From Candidatus Hydrogenedentota bacterium (GTDB lineage Bacteria; Hydrogenedentota; Hydrogenedentia; Hydrogenedentales; SLHB01), in contig JAWXCN010000098.1 of assembly GCA_034408725.1 (NCBI GenBank), positions 19,783 through 83,782 of the forward strand: a stretch of DNA of 64,000 bases, given 5' to 3'. This document shows positions 38,276-46,776 of this stretch, piece by piece (position 1 is the stretch's first letter; the number at the start of each line of letters is the position of its first letter). A model generated the notes under the pieces. The model did no database searches. It saw only the letters and a list, made by a program, of their open reading frames with translations, and had not been told where the DNA came from. The position numbers and the translations under genes were made by a program.

Positions 38276-39364
38276 TTCCTGACCGCCAAACACCACAACG
38301 GCTATTGCCTCTGGCCCAGCAAGACGACCGAGTACAGCGTGCGGAACAGTCCATGGAAAAATGGCGAGGGCGATGTCGTGCGCGAGTTCGTCGATGCCGC
38401 GCGCCGGCACGGTTTGAAACCGGGTCTATACCTCTCCGGCGGCGACAAACATTTTCCCTGCGCAAGCACGCCGCAGCCTATTGGCGAGCGCATACTCGAA
38501 GGTGATCGCAACGCCTATTTTTCCGTGTACCTCGAACAACTGCGCGAACTGCTCACCAACTACGGCGAGTTGTGCATGCTTTGGTTCGATGGCGCATACG
38601 ACCCCTTCGGCTGGGACGTTCGCAACGGGCAGGGCGCGTTTCTCGGTCCCGCGTTCGGCGATGCCATCGCGTTAATAGTCCACGAGCTTCAACCCAACGC
38701 GGTGATTTTCAACGGCACACGCCCCGACATTCGCTGGTCCGGCAGCGAACGCGGCCAGGCGACGTATCCGCTGTGGAACGTGGTGACGCCCGAAGAAGCG
38801 ACGCAGGTGTGGTGCCCCGTGTACACCAATGGATACGTCCCGGCAGAGGCGGTGCTGCATCCGCGCAAAGGCTGGTTCTGGCAACCAGATACAGATGGCA
38901 CATTGCTTCCGGTAAACGACCTCATCGAAATCGTTCACAGCTCGGTAGGCAATGGCGCTAACCTGCTCATCAATCTGACGCCGGATACGCGCGGGTTGGT
39001 CCCTGATGCAGAAGTCGCGCGGATGCGGGAATTCGGCGCCGCCGGGAAACAGCTTTACGGCTCCCCGCTGGCGACGGTGGACAGCACTGACAAGTGGGAA
39101 GAAGGAAATGTACTGACGCTCAAGTTGCCAAGTGAATCGATGGTGAACCGGGTTGTGCTCGAAGAAGACCTCAAGTTTGGCCAGCGCATCAAGGAATACC
39201 GAATCGAAGCGAAAACCGCCGAGGGTTGGAAAACCGTCGCCGAGGGCCAATCAATCGGGCGGATGCGGATCGAGCGGTTCTCTCCTGTATCAACGGACGC
39301 GCTTCGACTGCGCGTTACCAAGACGTTTCCACTACCAAAGGTCAGGCGGTTTACCGCGTTTTAG
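38276..39364 (+). pseudogene. 5'-truncated alpha-L-fucosidase (GH29) with C-terminal F5/8-type domain
   Basis: Homology begins abruptly at LTAKHHNGYCLWPS; WFDG nucleophile motif present; N-terminal HFG/signal region absent. Confidence 0.82.
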
Positions 39365-39396
39365 GAGTTCAACACACCGTTGATAGCGCTCGTGGC

Positions 39397-39521
39397 GCCT
39401 TGGAGTGCGGTAGCGGGCAGCTACCGCTTTGGCTTCATGCGCGCCGCGGAACTTTCCAATAGTCGAAGCATTTGGCTATCCGAAGTGAAAGCGGTAGCTG
39501 CCCGCTACCGCACTCCAAGGC
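39397..39521. repeat. REP doublet family E, 34-bp perfect inverted repeat
   Basis: GCCTTGGAGTGCGGTAGCGGGCAGCTACCGCTTT (39397-39430) and its reverse complement (39488-39521); degenerate relative at about 42494-42542. Confidence 0.85.
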
Positions 39522-39620
39522 CGCTTCGCTTAGTGGTCACTCCGACGCGATGATACGACTTTGTCCTACAAATCGAGCCGGTGCTTAACCGGTAGTATCT
39601 ATACTAACAGGAGGCAGTTT

Positions 39621-40262
39621 ATGTTATGTAACGCAACACGGGTTGTTCGTTCTATTCGCAGTGTACCCGTCGTAATTGCCATGGCTCTGGCATTGGCAAC
39701 GGCCTGCACGCCGGACGGCAACCTGATTGTCGGGCCGGTCCGTATTACTGCGAATATCGGCGAAGCCAGTTTCGCGGAAACCTTGTTCGGCCTTAAAGGC
39801 GCTACTATTACGCACCGGCAGGAGTTTTGCGATATGCCGACCGAAGAGGAATTGTCGGAGCAGTTGCAGGGCGAGGGCTCGTTCGATATTACCCGGTTTA
39901 TCCGGCCTAACAGACTCGAACTCGTCGAAACGACGATCACCGCCACCAGCGGAAACTTTGATTTCCTTACCGGGATGACCGTACGGTATATTCCTAGGCC
40001 CGGTGCGGGGCCTACCGTCGTCCTTGGGACGGCAAGCGCGTCCGGCGGTTTTGGGACGGAGATAGTTCTGGTACCCGAAGACGGAGTGGATTTTCTGGAA
40101 CTGATTCGCGCGAACGACGAAAGCCAATCGGATCAATGTTCTAAGATCGAGTACCAGATGACATTCCAGTCGGTGCCTCTGCAGGATGTCGAGTACCGAT
40201 TGGATATCACGGTGGATGGGTATGTTGAACTGGGACCGGAAAAATCTTTTTCGGTTTCATAA
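39621..40262 (+). CDS. Hypothetical lipoprotein
   Basis: AGGAGG RBS, lipobox-like LATAC, beta-rich mature part. Confidence 0.7.
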   Translation: MLCNATRVVRSIRSVPVVIAMALALATACTPDGNLIVGPVRITANIGEASFAETLFGLKGATITHRQEFCDMPTEEELSEQLQGEGSFDITRFIRPNRLELVETTITATSGNFDFLTGMTVRYIPRPGAGPTVVLGTASASGGFGTEIVLVPEDGVDFLELIRANDESQSDQCSKIEYQMTFQSVPLQDVEYRLDITVDGYVELGPEKSFSVS

Positions 40263-40333
40263 TAGGTTGCGGGATACACGCCGATTCAGTTGAGGCATAA
40301 CGCCTGGGCAGTCGGTGAGGAAAGGGAAGAGAC

Positions 40334-40543
40334 ATGGGAAAGTTTACTGCATTTATGGCCGCGTTGCTGATTATGTTCGGCGCCGCGGCGGTTTCCGGCT
40401 GCGAAAAGAAGGCGGACACGCCTAGCGAAGCGATTTCAGAGGTTGCAGACGAGGTGAAAGATGCCGCGAAAGAAGCAGCAGATGAAACCGTGGATGCGAC
40501 GAAAGAAGCAGCCGACGAAGTAAAAGAATCCATCGGTCAGTAA
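40334..40543 (+). CDS. Small acidic Ala/Glu/Lys-rich lipoprotein
   Basis: Lipobox AVSGC, repeated KEAADE, purine-rich RBS. Confidence 0.75.
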   Translation: MGKFTAFMAALLIMFGAAAVSGCEKKADTPSEAISEVADEVKDAAKEAADETVDATKEAADEVKESIGQ

Positions 40544-40563
40544 TATTTGCCGTAAGTTTTTTT

Positions 40564-40599
40564 GGCATCCCGCCGCCAACAGCGGCGGGATTGCCTTTT
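40564..40599 (+). terminator. Rho-independent terminator
   Basis: GGCATCCCGCCGC / GCGGCGGGATTGCC stem followed by TTTT. Confidence 0.7.
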
Positions 40600-40660
40600 C
40601 TGTGCGGCAGTGCAGCCAATCGCCTTTTTTTTGTAAGCGTGCGCGGGACGGCCCGCCAGC

Positions 40661-42163
40661 TTATCTGAGCAGTTTGCGGCCTTCCGTGCCTTTGATGCCG
40701 GTGGTGACGCGAATAAAGGCTTCTTCATCCGCGCAGGCCGATATGGCTTCCTCGCGCGTGACGAGTCCCTTCCTGAAGAGTTCGACGGCGTATTGGTCGA
40801 AGCTCTTCATTTCGCTATCGACCTCGATGATATTATAGAGGCGCTGGATGTCGCCTTCGAGGATCGCATCGCGGACCATGGGCAGATTGCACAACAACAG
40901 TTCGATGCACGGAATCCGGCCACCACCCGTGCGCTTGAGAAGACGCTGGCAGCATACGCCTTTAAGCGTGTACGCGAGTTCCTGGCGGATGACGTCACGT
41001 TCGTCGTGTGGGAAATAACTGATGATGCGGTTGACGGTGTCCACCGCGGTCATGGTGTGCAAGGTACTGAAGACGAGGTGGCCGGTGGATGCCGCGCTGA
41101 TCGCCGCGCGGATGGTCTCGCGGTCCCGCATTTCGCCGACGAGAATCGTGTCGGGGTCTTCGCGGAGCGCGCCGCGCAACGCGTTTGCGAACGAAAACGT
41201 ATCACGCCCGATCTGCCGTTGCGAGATAATGCTTTTTTTGTCCGCATAGACAAATTCGATCGGGTCTTCGATGGTGATGATGTGGGCGTGCCGGTTTTCG
41301 TTGATGTAGTCCACGAGCGATGCGAGCGTGGTTGATTTGCCGCTACCGGTTACTCCGCAGACGAGGAAGAGGCCGCGATGGGCGTCCGCGACCGCGCGGA
41401 TCGTGTTTGGCAGGTTCAATTTGTCGAAGGGAAACGGGGACTCGGGAATGAAACGGACGGCCAGGGCCATCGCGCCCATCTTGATGTAACCGCTGCATCT
41501 TAAATATGCGATGCCGGCGAGATGGTATTGAAAGCTGCTCTCTTTTTCCGTCTCGAGGATATCGACCTGCTGCTGGCCGCCGAGTTGATAAACGATTTCG
41601 CGCATGTCCTCGGCACTGAGCGGAGGATAATCGAGCGGTTTAAGGTCGCCATCGATGCGCATATACGGCGGCGTGCCGGCGCGAAGGTGGATGTCGGAAC
41701 CCTGACTCTCGGTCAACTGTTCGATGAGCAGGTTGATGTTAAAATCAAGCTTGCGAAATGATTGGATACTGACGTGCCACGATTGCGAGCGGATGGATTG
41801 AGCTGCGAAATCGCACACGATTTTGTCGATGGGCGCGAGTACCGGAAGTTGAGGCCAGTCAAACGCGGGCAACGTCAGCGAGCATTTCCCGTCGAGCACG
41901 CGGAACTGGTTCGGAATCCGGGTCTCTTCCAAACGCGCGCGAATCTCATCCGGGTTGAACTGTTCCTTTACCGGAAAATCGACGCGCAGGTATTCGACCC
42001 GCTTGCCAAAATCCGAGGACTTGGCGATGATGGTAGCGCGGTCCGCCGTTAGGGAGAGTTCGGTGGGCAGACCCATCTTGCGGACGACTTCATGAACACC
42101 GGTCTTGAATATTTCAAAAATGGTATTGCGCGAATTCGTGCCAATTACCATGGCGCCAGACAT
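40661..42163 (-). CDS. PilT/PilU-family type IV pilus ATPase with ~140-aa N-terminal extension
   Basis: SDIHL, GVTGSGKST, TIEDPIE, REDPDTILVGEMRD, TGHLVFSTLH. Confidence 0.92.
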   Translation of the reverse strand: MSGAMVIGTNSRNTIFEIFKTGVHEVVRKMGLPTELSLTADRATIIAKSSDFGKRVEYLRVDFPVKEQFNPDEIRARLEETRIPNQFRVLDGKCSLTLPAFDWPQLPVLAPIDKIVCDFAAQSIRSQSWHVSIQSFRKLDFNINLLIEQLTESQGSDIHLRAGTPPYMRIDGDLKPLDYPPLSAEDMREIVYQLGGQQQVDILETEKESSFQYHLAGIAYLRCSGYIKMGAMALAVRFIPESPFPFDKLNLPNTIRAVADAHRGLFLVCGVTGSGKSTTLASLVDYINENRHAHIITIEDPIEFVYADKKSIISQRQIGRDTFSFANALRGALREDPDTILVGEMRDRETIRAAISAASTGHLVFSTLHTMTAVDTVNRIISYFPHDERDVIRQELAYTLKGVCCQRLLKRTGGGRIPCIELLLCNLPMVRDAILEGDIQRLYNIIEVDSEMKSFDQYAVELFRKGLVTREEAISACADEEAFIRVTTGIKGTEGRKLLR

Positions 42164-42340
42164 GACAAACTACTCCATACAGCATCAGCCAAAGGGGTTT
42201 CCGGGAGAGGGCGGAGTCTAGCACGCGGTTGCGGGGGAGTCAACGCGGCGGAACACGTTTCCTATCCGAAAGAACGAGTTGCGGTCCATCTTGCCGGCGG
42301 GTATGCTGGCGTGGCAATCAACACCGGGAGCAAACGCATC

Positions 42341-42478
42341 ATGTGGTCGTACTATCTCTATATGGGCTTGTTGATCACGACGCTCCTTTTATGGGGAATC
42401 GTGGCCATGAAGGATGATGGATACGAAGAAGAGCAGAAGAAAGTCGATGACAACGCCTCGAAACCGGGGGAAGGGTAG
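42341..42478 (+). CDS. Possible 45-aa single-pass membrane peptide
   Basis: GGAG upstream; hydrophobic N-half and acidic C-half. Confidence 0.45.
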   Translation: MWSYYLYMGLLITTLLLWGIVAMKDDGYEEEQKKVDDNASKPGEG

Positions 42479-42583
42479 CGCATTGCGCCGATAGAGCCAA
42501 AGCGGTAGCGCCGTCCGAAGCGGACTTTGCTACCGCGTTCCATATGGCGCTCGGTTTCTCTTCGCGCCGTCAACGTAGAAAAT

Positions 42584-42943
42584 TTAGTCTTCGCCGGGGG
42601 ATTTATTGGCTCCGAGAGAGCGCAGGAAGGCATCGATATTGATGTCCGATTCAGGGGCGCCCTGTTCTGGATGGAAGCGCAGTGGATTGCGAATGTAGGC
42701 GCGCTGGCAGGTAGGGCACAGGTCCAGCGAAAAATTTTTGTAGACGGTTTCTTCGATTTCGCGCGGGTCTTTATTGCGCATCTGTTCGATAAGTTTGATC
42801 ATTTCCGCGCGATGGTTCTTCACGAGGTCGGCAAGTCCGATCTCCAGTTCATCATAGGCGGCGCGCACATCAACTTTTACGCGGTAGCGCAATTGCCCCT
42901 TCTTCATCTCGCGTCCGCACCCGTCGCACCGATGTACCAGCAT
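42584..42943 (-). CDS. Hypothetical protein with two CxxC pairs
   Basis: CDGC ... DLCPTC; purine-rich sequence upstream of MLVH start. Confidence 0.7.
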   Translation of the reverse strand: MLVHRCDGCGREMKKGQLRYRVKVDVRAAYDELEIGLADLVKNHRAEMIKLIEQMRNKDPREIEETVYKNFSLDLCPTCQRAYIRNPLRFHPEQGAPESDINIDAFLRSLGANKSPGED

Positions 42944-43161
42944 GCACCTGCCCTTTCGCATCCGTTGGAGTAAGTATACCATCCCTCGCACGGTATTGCC
43001 GGTGTCCCGTACTACTAGGGTGAGATTGAGCGGCAGGGAATGATCGTGTATTGTAGCCACGTTTATTCTTGCATAACGGTGTAGACCAGAAATGCGGGAG
43101 TCAGACCCCGCGTTTTTTACGCGGATGGGCCAATGTGTTGCCCTGAACAGGAGATTTTGCG

Positions 43162-43482
43162 ATGAGTACCGCTGAGAATGTTACGAAAGACAACTTCGAC
43201 ACTACGGTTGGAAGCGGCGTGACGCTGGTGGACTTTTGGGCCGAATGGTGCGGCCCGTGCCGAATGATGGGGCCGGTGCTCGATCAGTTGGCGCAGGAAT
43301 ACACAGGCAAGGCGAAAGTCGTCAAGGTCAACGTCGATAACGAGCAAGACCTCGCGATTCGATTTGATATTTCGAGCATCCCCGCGCTCATCGTGTTCAA
43401 AGATGGGCAGGTGAAGAAGCGTTTTGTCGGCGTGACCGCGAAAGGCGAATTGGCATCCGCGCTGGATGGCGCATCGTCATAA
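43162..43482 (+). CDS. trxA: Thioredoxin
   Basis: VDFWAEWCGPC, SIP, FKDG. Confidence 0.97.
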   Translation: MSTAENVTKDNFDTTVGSGVTLVDFWAEWCGPCRMMGPVLDQLAQEYTGKAKVVKVNVDNEQDLAIRFDISSIPALIVFKDGQVKKRFVGVTAKGELASALDGASS

Positions 43483-43591
43483 CGGCGGGCCGCCGGATAA
43501 GTATGCATACCGGCGGGCAGTTGCAAGGGTGCGTCGCGCTTGTTGAAGCATGCGGCGGGACACCGCGGCCAGTTAGAGAGGAAAAGGTTTA

Positions 43592-44596
43592 ATGACCCCG
43601 AAGACAGTAGCAGTGGCGGGCGCAACGGGCCTCGTAGGCCGCGAAATGATGCGCGTGCTCGAGGCGCGCGATTTTCCGGTCAAGTCAATCAAACTTTTGG
43701 CGTCTGCACGGTCCAAAGGCGCAAAACTGCTGTTCAAGGGCGAGGAACTTCCCGTCGAGGAGCTTACCGAAAGCTCATTCAAGGGCATTGAGATCGCGCT
43801 GTTCAGTGCGGGAGGCGGCACGAGTAAAAGGTTCTCGCCCTTTGCCACGAAGGACGGCTGCGTCGTTGTGGACAATTCGAGCGCGTGGCGCATGGATGAA
43901 AAGGTGCCGCTGGTCGTGCCGGAAGTAAACGCCGGCGATATTTCCTGGCATCAGGGCATTATCGCGAACCCGAACTGTTCAACGATTCAGATGGTCGTCG
44001 TATTGAAGCCGCTGCACGACGCGGCGAAAGTCGAACGGGTAATCGTTTCGACGTACCAGGCGGTTTCCGGCGCGGGGATTAAAGCCCTTGATGAATTGAT
44101 GGAACAAACGCAGGCCGTACTCGAGGGCCGCAAGCCGGAAGTAAGATTGTTTCCGCACCAGATCGCGTTCAACTGCGTCCCGCAGATACCCCAGGGCGAC
44201 GCTTTCGCCGATAATGGCTATACCACCGAAGAAATGAAGATGGTGAACGAGACCAAGAAAATCATGGGGGATGCGAATATCCTCGTGTGCGCGACCACAG
44301 TGCGCGTGCCCGTGTATACCGGCCATAGCGAATCGGTGAACATCGAGACAGCGCGCAAATTGACGGCGGACGAGGCGCGGGCAATTCTCGCGAAGGCGCC
44401 CGGCGTGGTGGTGCAGGATGATCCCGCCAACCAACTCTATCCGTTGGCCTGCAATGCGGCGGGCAAGGGCGACACGTTCGTGGGCCGCATCCGGGAAGAC
44501 CTGTCGCATCCGCGCGGGTTGGCAATGTGGATTGTGTCCGACAACCTCTTGAAGGGCGCGGCGCTGAACGCTGTGCAGATAGCGGAGCGGTTGTAA
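43592..44596 (+). CDS. asd: Aspartate-semialdehyde dehydrogenase
   Basis: GATGLVG, DNSSAWR, VVPEVN, ANPNCSTIQ, STYQAVSGAG, DNLLKGAALNAVQIAE. Confidence 0.97.
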   Translation: MTPKTVAVAGATGLVGREMMRVLEARDFPVKSIKLLASARSKGAKLLFKGEELPVEELTESSFKGIEIALFSAGGGTSKRFSPFATKDGCVVVDNSSAWRMDEKVPLVVPEVNAGDISWHQGIIANPNCSTIQMVVVLKPLHDAAKVERVIVSTYQAVSGAGIKALDELMEQTQAVLEGRKPEVRLFPHQIAFNCVPQIPQGDAFADNGYTTEEMKMVNETKKIMGDANILVCATTVRVPVYTGHSESVNIETARKLTADEARAILAKAPGVVVQDDPANQLYPLACNAAGKGDTFVGRIREDLSHPRGLAMWIVSDNLLKGAALNAVQIAERL

Positions 44597-44835
44597 CGCC
44601 CCGGCTAATTCCCCTTCTCTTTGTGGCTGACACCGGAACTTTTTTAGTATTTCGGGGTTTCAGTTTCCAGAGCGGCTCTCAGTATAGCGCCTCGGCATCG
44701 CCGCCGGGGAATATTTCGGCTTTCGTTAAGGCTTGCTAAATAAAGACTTAGCGAAATTGCCTGTTTTAACGTGATCGTCAACCATCGGCAGCGGTCATTC
44801 GTAGTGTAGTTAGGGATTGGTCGCTTCGTTTCGGC

Positions 44836-46776
44836 ATGCAGTATAACCACAGCAAATATCACGCGACTGCCTTGGCGCTGGCTATTTGCCTCGGCCTTGG
44901 ATGTTCCACCACCCATTACCGCGAAAAAGCGGACAGTGAAGTGTATTCGATCATCGAGCAGAAATCTCCCGCGGTTGCCGGATTGCCGAAGAATTTCACC
45001 ATCGAGCAAGACCCCACGGATCCGCTGGAAGGCTTGGAGGCGGGGGGAGAGTCCGCTGACTTTCTCGGCGAGGCCGCGCAGACGGAAGTCGGCGCGCAGG
45101 TGCTGTCACTCGAGGATTGCTTGCGCATCGCCGTGACGCACAGCCGGACCTATCAAACCCAGAAGGAACTGTTGTACCTTCAGGCGCTAGGGTTGACCCT
45201 GGATCGCCACCAGTTTACCCCTATTTTTGCCGCCTCGGGTTCGGCGCAGTACAACCGCTCGACGTCGGACATCCTAAAGCTAAACGAGTTGGGCCGGGTC
45301 ACGACGCAAATTCCGGGGCTTGTTGATCAATCCGGGGTTATCAGCAGCCAGATTCTCGGGTTGGCCCCTGACACTTCGACGCTCTTGCAGCGGCTCGGTG
45401 TGCCAGCCAATGCGGAGTCCATAGCCGCACTGGCCGCGGTCGGCGCGCTCGCGGGCACCCCATCGCAGATTCTCAATGACTATGCAAATGTCGTGGAAGA
45501 AGCGTTCACGGTTGCGGGTGTCAACCAGCCCAGGAACGAGATACGCAATGAACGCGACGTTACGGGTGATGCTAACGTAGGTGTAAGCCTTTTACTGAAA
45601 GGCGGCGCTCGCATTGCCATCGGTCTTACCTCTAACTTCCTTCGCTTTATCACCGGCGACCCAACGGTACAAAGCTCGTCTGCGCTTGTGGCCAGTATTA
45701 CCCAACCGCTGCTGCGAGGACGGGGCCGGGACGTGAACGCGGAGTTTCTCACGCAGGCCGAGCGCGACGTGCTCTATCAACTCCGGTCCTTTCAACGATT
45801 CCGGCAAGAGTTCGCCGTGCAAGTGGCCACGGGCTACTATAGCGTGCTTCAAGCGCGAGATGCGGTAAACAACAACTATCAGGGGTACCTGGCGTTTCAG
45901 CGGTCCGCGGAACGCGAGCAGGCCCTAGCGGACGAAGGCAGGACGACCCAAACGGAACTGGGCCGTATCCAGCAATCGCTGTTGAACGCCGAGAACAGTT
46001 GGGTGGATGCGGTGCGCAATTACAAGCAGGCGTTGGATCAATACAAGATTCTGCTCGGACTATCGACCGACGCGAGCGTGATCCTCGACGACGCGGAGTT
46101 GCGGCTGCTTGAAGAACGCGGGCTGTTGCATCCCGAAATTGCATCCGATGATGCCGTTGCCGTGGCTTTGGCGGCGCGGCTGGACCTCTATAATACGCGG
46201 GACTCGAAAGACGATTCGCAGCGGAAGATAAAAGTCGCCGCGAACGCGTTGAAACCCGATCTCGATCTGGTGATTGCCGCGAACGTCGACAGTGTGCCGG
46301 GAGAGAACACGTTCGACGAACTGGATTTTCAGCGGGCGCGCTGGAGCGCGGGGTTTGACGTGGACCTTGGGTTGGACCGCAAAGCCGAGCGCAATTCGTA
46401 TCGCACGGCGTTGATTACGTTTGACAGGTCCATTCGTGAGCTCAGCCTCGCGGAGGATAATGTTAAACTGGATGTGCGCGAATCCTGGCGAAATCTCGAT
46501 CAGGCCCAACGGAACTATGATAACCGCAAGTTGGCCCTCGAACTGGCGGCGCGGCGCGTTGAGGAGCAAACGCTACGCGCGGAGATTGGCATTGCGCTTG
46601 CCCTGGACCAGATCGATGCGCAGAACGATCTGATTAGCGCCCAGAACGAATTGACGGACGCCATCGTCCGGCACACCATTTCCCGCCTCGAATTTTGGCG
46701 GGACATGGGTATCTTGTATATTAAAGAGGACGGACAGTGGGAGGAAGTGAACGATGTCGCAACCAGTCCTCAGTAA
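44836..46776 (+). CDS. TolC-family outer membrane lipoprotein with large insertion
   Basis: Lipobox LGLGC, LSLEDCLRIAV, SITQPLLRG, two OEP helical repeats. Confidence 0.88.
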   Translation: MQYNHSKYHATALALAICLGLGCSTTHYREKADSEVYSIIEQKSPAVAGLPKNFTIEQDPTDPLEGLEAGGESADFLGEAAQTEVGAQVLSLEDCLRIAVTHSRTYQTQKELLYLQALGLTLDRHQFTPIFAASGSAQYNRSTSDILKLNELGRVTTQIPGLVDQSGVISSQILGLAPDTSTLLQRLGVPANAESIAALAAVGALAGTPSQILNDYANVVEEAFTVAGVNQPRNEIRNERDVTGDANVGVSLLLKGGARIAIGLTSNFLRFITGDPTVQSSSALVASITQPLLRGRGRDVNAEFLTQAERDVLYQLRSFQRFRQEFAVQVATGYYSVLQARDAVNNNYQGYLAFQRSAEREQALADEGRTTQTELGRIQQSLLNAENSWVDAVRNYKQALDQYKILLGLSTDASVILDDAELRLLEERGLLHPEIASDDAVAVALAARLDLYNTRDSKDDSQRKIKVAANALKPDLDLVIAANVDSVPGENTFDELDFQRARWSAGFDVDLGLDRKAERNSYRTALITFDRSIRELSLAEDNVKLDVRESWRNLDQAQRNYDNRKLALELAARRVEEQTLRAEIGIALALDQIDAQNDLISAQNELTDAIVRHTISRLEFWRDMGILYIKEDGQWEEVNDVATSPQ

